Source: Vermamoeba vermiformis
Taxonomy: Eukaryota
Reading direction: 5' to 3'
DNA length: 20,000 nucleotides
Assembly (NCBI GenBank): GCA_045837725.1
Contig: JBEWZL010000308.1
Coordinates: forward strand, 59,851-79,850
Position 1 is the first letter of the stretch; each line of letters starts with the position of its first letter. Both the position numbers and the translations under genes were made by a program. This document shows positions 9,651-17,192 of the stretch, piece after piece. The notes under the pieces were generated by a model, which did not search any database, had not been told where the DNA came from, and saw only the letters and a list, made by a program, of their open reading frames with translations.

Positions 9651-11417
9651 TTACAATTCGCCGTTTGTTAAAGTCGTTTGGTTTTGTACGACCTCGCTCA
9701 AGTTTGCATTAATTACGTCCATAATACTTTCCAAAGCTCCTATTGTCAAATCATACGTATACCATGCGTCTGGTTCTTGTTGTAGATTTAAAAATACGAG
9801 TTGGAGGTACTCAAACTGATGTTTGATCCACATCCGCTCGGCAGGTTCAATAATGTTCGAATAAAATTGTTCTACGTGTTGAATGCACCTATCAAATTCT
9901 TGTTCCATATTATTAGGCATGTTGATCATCGCTAATGCCTTCAATCCGTATACTAGAACTCCATAGAATTGATAATGAGTGGATCCATAAAAAATGGCAA
10001 AATATTTCTCAGCATTAGCGGCATATTTCCATAAATAACTAAGAAATTATTAGTTACATTACATACTAATATAATTATTATTCTTACTTAAGTGCTCGTG
10101 CATCTTCATGAGTACGAAGTTTCGATAAGCGCGATAAAAATGCCATAATTCGAGCAAGTTCCTTGAACAGTGCAAGCTCTAACTATAATATACAGTCTAT
10201 AAGTGTATGATTATATTTGATATAATGAACCTACAGTAATGTTGGCGCCTTGAAATGACTCCAACTTGCGGATCCAAATATCGGTGTCTTTGCAACTCTG
10301 AATAGGCGCTATAATTATTAACGTGTACGTTAGCCTAAATATATATATATTAGTATTGTAAGAAATAATTATTATATTAGAAGTTCTTACTCTTCTACAA
10401 TTCGTGGATCCAATGTTTTTTCGTTTATTCGAAGTAGATCCGCTGCTCGTTGCCATAAAGATGGGATTGTCTCATAACTCTTCTTAAATATCATATAGAA
10501 AATGCTGTATATTGATGAAAGAATGAATTGCTTCGTTGATTCCGGATCGAGTACCGAAAGGTTCTTAACTGCTGGCAGTTCTAGGATAGCCATCGCTGCG
10601 CGATGAAAGTGTGCCGCTTTTATATCAAGATGAAGTAATTTTGACCCTAAATAGAATCATAGTTAGCTCGATCCAGGCCAGTACAATTTCCAAAAAAAGG
10701 AAAATTACGAATTAAACGAATTTTTCTGCTGTTAAAATTAAGTCAATTTAACGTACCTATTGCAAACATTGAACTTTGACTAAGGAGTTGCAGCATCATT
10801 TCGAAATTGAAGACGGAACTTCCGGCAAAGAGGTCATCCGGAATTTTTGTAGTAAATAGTCGGTGATAGAACAATCCAGAGAACTCCGTTGCATACGCAA
10901 CAGTAGTATGCGGCATAAGCGGCTTCATTAAGCGATAAAATGCTGCTGTTGTAGCTTGCACTACCTGCAGCATCGAGTCGCAAAATCCAGGTTCGATCCC
11001 GCAAGCTTTGGCTGCTAAAGGGACTCCAGGCGGCAAGACAACATTTTCTTCTACTCTTTTTTCTATATATTCATGGTGCGGATGTGCTATTACGTTATTT
11101 TGGGGCTCAATGTCGATCTTGATCGGATTTTGTTGGGGCGGATTCTCGATAACACTTCTCTTTCTCTTTCGTTTGGAAGGCGGAGCTGTATATTCGCATT
11201 GTAATCCTCGACTTATGCATTGAAAACAAGCCAATCGATAATCACATTTGATTTTGCGCTTTTTACAAGAGTCACACGGCCTGTCGAACTGAAGCGACGG
11301 ATCGGCATTCCGTTTTGCGTCATTATTAGAGTAAGTATTGTACTCCATATTGGTGTGCATACTTGTTGTGTTGTTATATTTTGATTTGTGAAATGACGTT
11401 CGAACAACTGGTCCCAT
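9651..11417 (-). CDS. Zn(II)2Cys6 (GAL4-type) zinc-cluster transcription factor, ~476-499 aa, 5 exons (11417 or 11348-10757, 10646-10391, 10334-10235, 10182-10088, 10038-9651)
   Basis: CDSCKKRKIKCDYRLACFQCISRGLQC (11276-11196) fits CX2CX6CX5CX2CX6C and is followed by the basic NLS-like KRKRKR. Four GT-AG introns join the fragmented ORFs into a 1500-nt frame. The start codon is uncertain (11417, 11360 or 11348). Confidence 0.9.
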
Positions 11418-12085
11418 CCGTTAAAAATCGTCGGATGTAGAAATTTCCAGCTCCGAACGACTCTTCTCGGACGTCGGGCTTTTAGAAACTTCTATTTTCC
11501 AGGATGCAAAGGCGGCGCTTAGCAGATTTTCGGAGTTGCAATTTACCACTAGAAGCTTCTAGATGATCTTGAAAATGAATGATTAATCACAATTTTAAGG
11601 TGAGTGAATTTAAAATTAATATTTCGGTCGATTTTACGTTGTGAAACTAGTGCTGTTAAGCCGTGAATTTCCTACATCCGGATGTTGATACTTATAATTG
11701 TGGTTTAATTACATGAAAACTCTTACCAATATTTTATCTTAATTTGGGCTCCATTATTATTTGAATTTCTTGAAAGCTCTGCTCATCTCAACACGGCTAT
11801 AAAACCTTTAACCTTAGTTTCTTTATATACCACTGTTGACAAGGTTCTTTATGTTCACTGCATTATTTACTGATGTGCGCTCCATTTCATTTCGTTGCTG
11901 CAACTATCACCGCAACTTTTTCTCGTGTGATACGAAAGGGAGTCTTTTATCTTGGTCGCGAAAGCCGATACAAAGCTAGTTCGCGTAGTCAATGCAATAA
12001 ATAGATTTAAATACTCTATAATATATGTCCACTGTTTGAAGGCCTCTCTGAGGCTGATCCACCCGAGCTCGAAAAGTTTCCAATT

Positions 12086-14673
12086 TTATTTGCCAGCATT
12101 GCTCGGTGGTAAAGCAAAGAAATCACCGTATACAGGCGTGTGATCACTCACTCGGTCTTGTCGCTTGCCCAGGCCTTGTGGTGCTTTGCTGTACTTGGCA
12201 AACAATCCATGAGCAATACCACAGCTCGTGACTTGCTCGTCTAGATTAGGACTGATGAATATATGATCAAGCAAGCACTTTTTCTCCGACACGCGATCAA
12301 CGTAGTCATCGAAGACGACGGAGTACATCTGATCTTCTGGCAGATTCGACTTTTCGTTCAAAAGTGCTTTGAGCAATTTCTTCGCATAGAACGGACTGCC
12401 CATTAAAATTTCAACGCTGTCGAACAGCAAATAATATTCTTCGAAGAAATCCATGCCTGTCATAAAAATATAAGTAATCGTCCGAGGTAAACTTTTCAGC
12501 AGATCCGCACGCCACCATCGACACAGCTAATGACAGATAATGTTGATTATGATACTTACCGGGACCATCGTTCAAATCACCGGCAACAACGACCATTGCG
12601 TCTTTATGTCTTGCGAAAATAACGCTATCAATGCACTTACGGACACGTGTACTACAAACCCATCAAGTTAGTTTCTATTTCCTTATTTGGTAATTAGAAT
12701 TAACGTACCATTCAGACGCAATTCTTCTACGAGTCTTAACAGCCTTTCGAATGTACTCTTGTTGTTTTTCAGGTTCGAGACTTCGCCACAACTCTTCACC
12801 TTCTCCCACGTGCTTTGATTTCAAGTGCAAAGCAATGAAGAAAATCGGTTGCTTAGGATTATTGGGCAAATTAATCTCTGCTTGAACGACGACAGGTCTG
12901 CGAGTGAATCCGTAACTTTCTAATTTGAACTGGCCGCTGACATCGAAATCCCATTTCTTCGCCAAGAAATCGTTTGACTGCATTTTGCCATATTAGGATA
13001 TACCTCGTAAAGCACGTGATTAATGTAAGGACTTACGGGTGCGTGGAGCTTGGCGTCAGAGACAGGACCGTTCTTCTTAGTCATAATGTAGATTCGTTGG
13101 TGATCGCCGTCAATACCGCCAAAAGCATCATAAGCGTCGTTCAAATAGGTCTTAATCCAAAATTTCAATTTGTCCAGGTTAGCAGGACCTGCAAGGATAA
13201 AATTAAGTCCGTGAAAAAAAATCCAAAAATATCAATGTTTTTTACCTTCTTGAATGCCCATCACGTCCGGATCTAGTTCCTTAATTAGGCCGGCAATTCT
13301 TTTGCTCAATTCGTTGCCGTCCGTGATGCCTTCATTGCGACTTTGAGTGATGATCGTGAACGTGCCATCAGAATCTATCAAAACCATTTTCAGCATTAAG
13401 TACAGCGTATATATAAATATAATACTATTAATAGTGATGTTACTTACGCTCTTCAATGATTTGATCGAACCACTCGATGTTCCAGGAGGCAAACCGCAAG
13501 CGTCCGGTGCGGGTACATTCGGGCGTCGGAATAACAATCTCTTTGGTAATGACAGGAGCAGTAACTGTCACATTGGATACAGCTACGACCTCTTTAGTAT
13601 CCTTATTAGTGACGGTTGCTTTGGCGGTCTCCTTAGTCGCAGTAGTTGTCGAAGATACGACGGTTGTCGCGCTCTTTTCGGCGTCTTTGGGAAGAACCTC
13701 AACAACTGTTGCTTGTTTCTGATCAGTATTTGCAGCTAGCTCGACCTTCTTGTCGCTTTGCGTCTTCTCGACTACGTTTTCGTTTGTTTTCTCCGTAGTT
13801 TTTACGGCCGCAACTTCTGGATGTGGAACGTCGATAACGATCGTAGGCGAGTTTACAACGGCAGATTTATCGTTGTTAGGCTTCTTTTCTTCAATGTTAG
13901 TATTATTGACGGTATTATCAGGCTTTTTCTCGGGAGTTTTCGAGGTCATTTGAATTTCATGAACGGTTCGTTCCAGTTGCTGGATTTGTTTTTGATGGAG
14001 CTCTTGGACCTTAACTAAATTGTAGATCTGTTGCTGGAGGTTCCTAGTAGTCGCGGTATCCTTCTTATACTTAGCGCTTTCGGGAATTTGATAAAATCGC
14101 GAATCATAATCGTCAAAATCTTGAGCTCCCTTGAATCTCTTGCCGTGAGGCACTTGATCTTTGGGGATAAATATTTTAACCTTCTCTTTGCTTTTAGAGC
14201 GTGATCTGTATCATAGATAAGGTTAGTTTCGTGTGAACCTGAAATTTAATGAAAAGGCATCCAAAAAATATTAAAATTCAAAAGTATGACGGTTAAATAT
14301 ACCGTCATGGTATTATATAATACATTACTATAACTATCATAAATTACCTATTGCGTTTATCGTCCCGACGGTTATATTTGTCGTTATCTTTTTCAACATA
14401 AGAGCCCGCACGTCCTCTGTGATGATCTTCGTGGTCTATATGTGCGCCACTACTAGGAGAAGGTGAGGCAGTCCAAGGAGATCTAGCCATAACTTCGCGC
14501 AAAGTCTTTTCGTTGGGAGATTCGGGCACGGAGAATTCAGCGTCTTCTTCATCTGAAGTCGAATTGTCCTCGCTGGAAGGGATCTGAATAGGCTGTGAAG
14601 GTCCTTGCAGTTCATCGTCGTCGTCTTCGACCGGTTTAGCTCGACGACGATTGCCTTGTTGTTTCAAATCCAT
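12086..14673 (-). CDS. Endonuclease/exonuclease/phosphatase (EEP) family protein with a long low-complexity N-terminus; 698 aa, 7 exons (14673-14348, 14205-13448, 13374-13246, 13188-13037, 12977-12709, 12651-12560, 12456-12086)
   Basis: EEP motifs in order: RFASWNIEWF, DVMGIQEG, ALHLKSK, VVAGDLNDGPG, LLDHIFIS, VSDHTPV. Six GT-AG introns give a 2097-nt frame. Confidence 0.9.
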
Positions 14674-14737
14674 TGTGAAATTTTGAAAATAAACAAAAAA
14701 TCAGATTTTTTTTATTCACGCGAACTGAAACGATCCA
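14674..14737. promoter_or_regulatory. Very short bidirectional promoter region between the EEP and nitrilase genes
   Basis: Only 64 nt separate the divergent ATGs (14673 on -, 14738 on +). The spacer is AT-rich with a central AAAAAATC-A-GATTTTTT inverted repeat. Confidence 0.6.
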
Positions 14738-15975
14738 ATGACTTCGTCACACGTTTCAACTCCTATATTACACGTCGGTGTATACCAAGGAGGCTGCGCA
14801 GAAGGTGTAGAAGCAAATCTGAAATTGTTAGAGAAAGTTATTGAACAAAAACGAGATCAGAAAGTAGATCTAGTAATATTTGCTGAGTTATTCCTTTGCG
14901 GATATTGCATTGGTCCTAAATTCCACGAAGGTACGTTTAATAAAAGCATATTAAAAATAAAAATATCAAGTAAACGTTGGAAAACGGTTACAAACCAGTA
15001 TGATCATACGCGACTATCAATAATTAATATTCCCGTGCTTTAATTAATATATGATATTACTGCTCGCTAATTACCTTTTTAAAGTGGCTGAAGAAGCAGA
15101 TGGACCATCGTTTCAATTTATTTCAACGGTAGCGAAGAAAAATAACGTAGGAATTGCATATGGATATGCTGAAAGGTATGTATATGATATTTTATCCTTT
15201 TAAATATGTAATTCAATCCGCTTACAGATCCAAAGAAAATTCGACAGTCGTTTACAACTCCGTTCAAGTCCTCGACAAAGAAGGCAAATCAATACTAAAT
15301 TATAGAAAAACACATGTATGGGGTCCATACGAAAACGAGTTCTTTACAAAAGGCGACGTTTTGCCTCCCGTTGTTGACTTTTGTGGTAAGCCATTCAGAT
15401 CCGCTTCTTACGATGACTGTACCATGAAACACGTACTAATAATGGATATTAATATTAGGAATGAAAATTAGTGCTTTAATATGCTACGATATTGAGTTTG
15501 TTGAACCAGCCCGGATCTTGGCAATTAATGGCGCTCAATTATTGATCGTACCGACAGGTAACTATTATCTATATTATATTGTGCATCTATAGTACTTATA
15601 TATATCCGTATAGCCATCGTTACTACTGAAATGTCGAGATTGACTATTCCTTGTCGCGCATATGAAAATAACGTATTTATCTGCTATGCAAATCGAGTTG
15701 GATTAGAGCCATGTCCTCATTGGAAGAGGGACTTGAATTTTGTAGGCAATAGTGTTATATGTAAGTCCATGTAGTGTTATTTAGATGCGTTTTTCTGATC
15801 GGTTGGACCAGATGCGCCGAATGGAACTGAGTTGGCAAGAGGAAATGACACTAAAGAAGAGCTTCTTATTGCCGAACTAGATTTTTCGAAGAATTCTTAC
15901 AGAGAAAAGAACGCGCAGAATCCTTACTTCACTGATAGGCGGCCAGAACTGTACGAGCAGATCCTGAAAAAGTAA
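14738..15975 (+). CDS. Carbon-nitrogen hydrolase (nitrilase superfamily, R-amidase/5-aminopentanamidase-like); 283 aa, 6 exons (14738-14930, 15085-15175, 15228-15385, 15459-15557, 15614-15760, 15812-15975)
   Basis: The Glu-Lys-Cys triad is intact: IFAELFLCGY, NYRKTHVW, LICYDIEF. Also present are RAYENNVFICYANRVG and the C-terminal DRRPELY. Five GT-AG introns give an 852-nt frame. Confidence 0.92.
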
Positions 15976-16436
15976 ACCACCCGATATATCGGAATCTACA
16001 ACAACAGTACGAGACAAACAAGCGCACCCTGTTATTGCTTTGTTGGTGCAGCGAGTGAAATTTGATGATGAGGGTTAGGGTTAGGTTTGCAGCATTTCGA
16101 TACACGCTCCGTGTCCTCGTCACATGATTTGAATACGGGTTACCAGGATGCATGGAGTTGGTCGGAAGTTTACTGACTACTTTGAGCAGGCTTTTACGAG
16201 ACTTGTGCAAACTTGATCAGATCCAGACCTGACTTGATCCAGATCTGAAGAGCGGCAAAATCGATTTTAGTCACTTTCCATAACTGGACTCTGCAATATT
16301 TCTACACTATCAAGGACAAACGGCGAAGCGCGGCGAAAATCACATTTGAGCGGATGTCCGATCGCTCACGATTTAATAGCCAACAATTTTATATCCCGGG
16401 ATATTTGATCTAACAAAACAATACAAGACACGAAAT

Positions 16437-17132
16437 ATGACCACCGCTATTTTGTGCTGCGACTTCCAACCCGATATTCTTGGCATGTTGGAGCCTGACG
16501 CCAAGACAAACGTCATAGCCAAAGCGAAGCAAGCTCTCGAAGCTGCACGAAGCAAAAATTTATTTACGATTTTTATTCGTGTGGCCTTTAGACCTGGATA
16601 CCCAGAAGTTAGTCCCAACAACCTGGTAAATATTCTACATTTTTAAAAAAATATCTAACGAAATTTCTGGCTCGATCTAACATTCTATCAGGCCTTCGCT
16701 GGTGTTAAAGGTTTCAATCGTGTCATCGATGGCACTCCTGGTGCTGCAATTATTGATGAGCTCAAACCAAGAGACAATGAAGTCGTTCTGACCAAGACCA
16801 GATTCGGTTCTTTCAGCACAACTCCTCTTCGTACAATTTTAACAGCACAAGGCGTCAACCATATTGTGATATTCGGAGTGTCGACTAGCGGCGTTGTATT
16901 GACTACTGTTCGCGAAGCAGCTGATATGGACTTCAAAATCACCGTCGTAAGTGACGCGTGCGCAGATAGATCCGCCGATGCCCATAAAGTCTTAAACGGT
17001 ACGCTAGTTAAATGAGCTGTATAACACCATTGAATTTACTAACAAATTTGGACAGAGGTAATCTTCCCCCGTCAAGCAACTGTTGTTACTACAGAACAGT
17101 GGATCGAGTCTCTTAATGCCACGAGCCACTAA
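16437..17132 (+). CDS. Isochorismatase (cysteine hydrolase) family protein lacking the catalytic Cys; 190 aa, 3 exons (16437-16625, 16692-16998, 17056-17132)
   Basis: Motifs TAILCCDFQ, VAFRPGYPE, LTKTRFGSF, GVSTSGVVLTTVREAADMDF, VVSDACAD and IFPRQA. Two GT-AG introns give a 573-nt frame. AATAAA at 17140-17145. Confidence 0.92.
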
Positions 17133-17192
17133 TCCGTTCAATAAATAAATATGCTTTATCATAATACATCGGCTATTTTATTGGTTTGCACG

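Noticed and set aside
12086-13520. EEP domain as a LINE/non-LTR retrotransposon endonuclease
   Set aside because: It contains multiple spliceosomal introns, is C-terminal in its protein, and has no reverse transcriptase, poly(A) tail or target-site duplication.
14286-14308. Hairpin ATGACGGT-N7-ACCGTCAT in intron 1 of the EEP gene
   Set aside because: A single 8-bp stem is expected by chance in 20 kb; no snoRNA, tRNA or MITE hallmarks.
15929-16210. 93-aa minus-strand ORF after the nitrilase gene
   Set aside because: Non-ATG start, overlap with the nitrilase 3' end, and no recognisable protein features.
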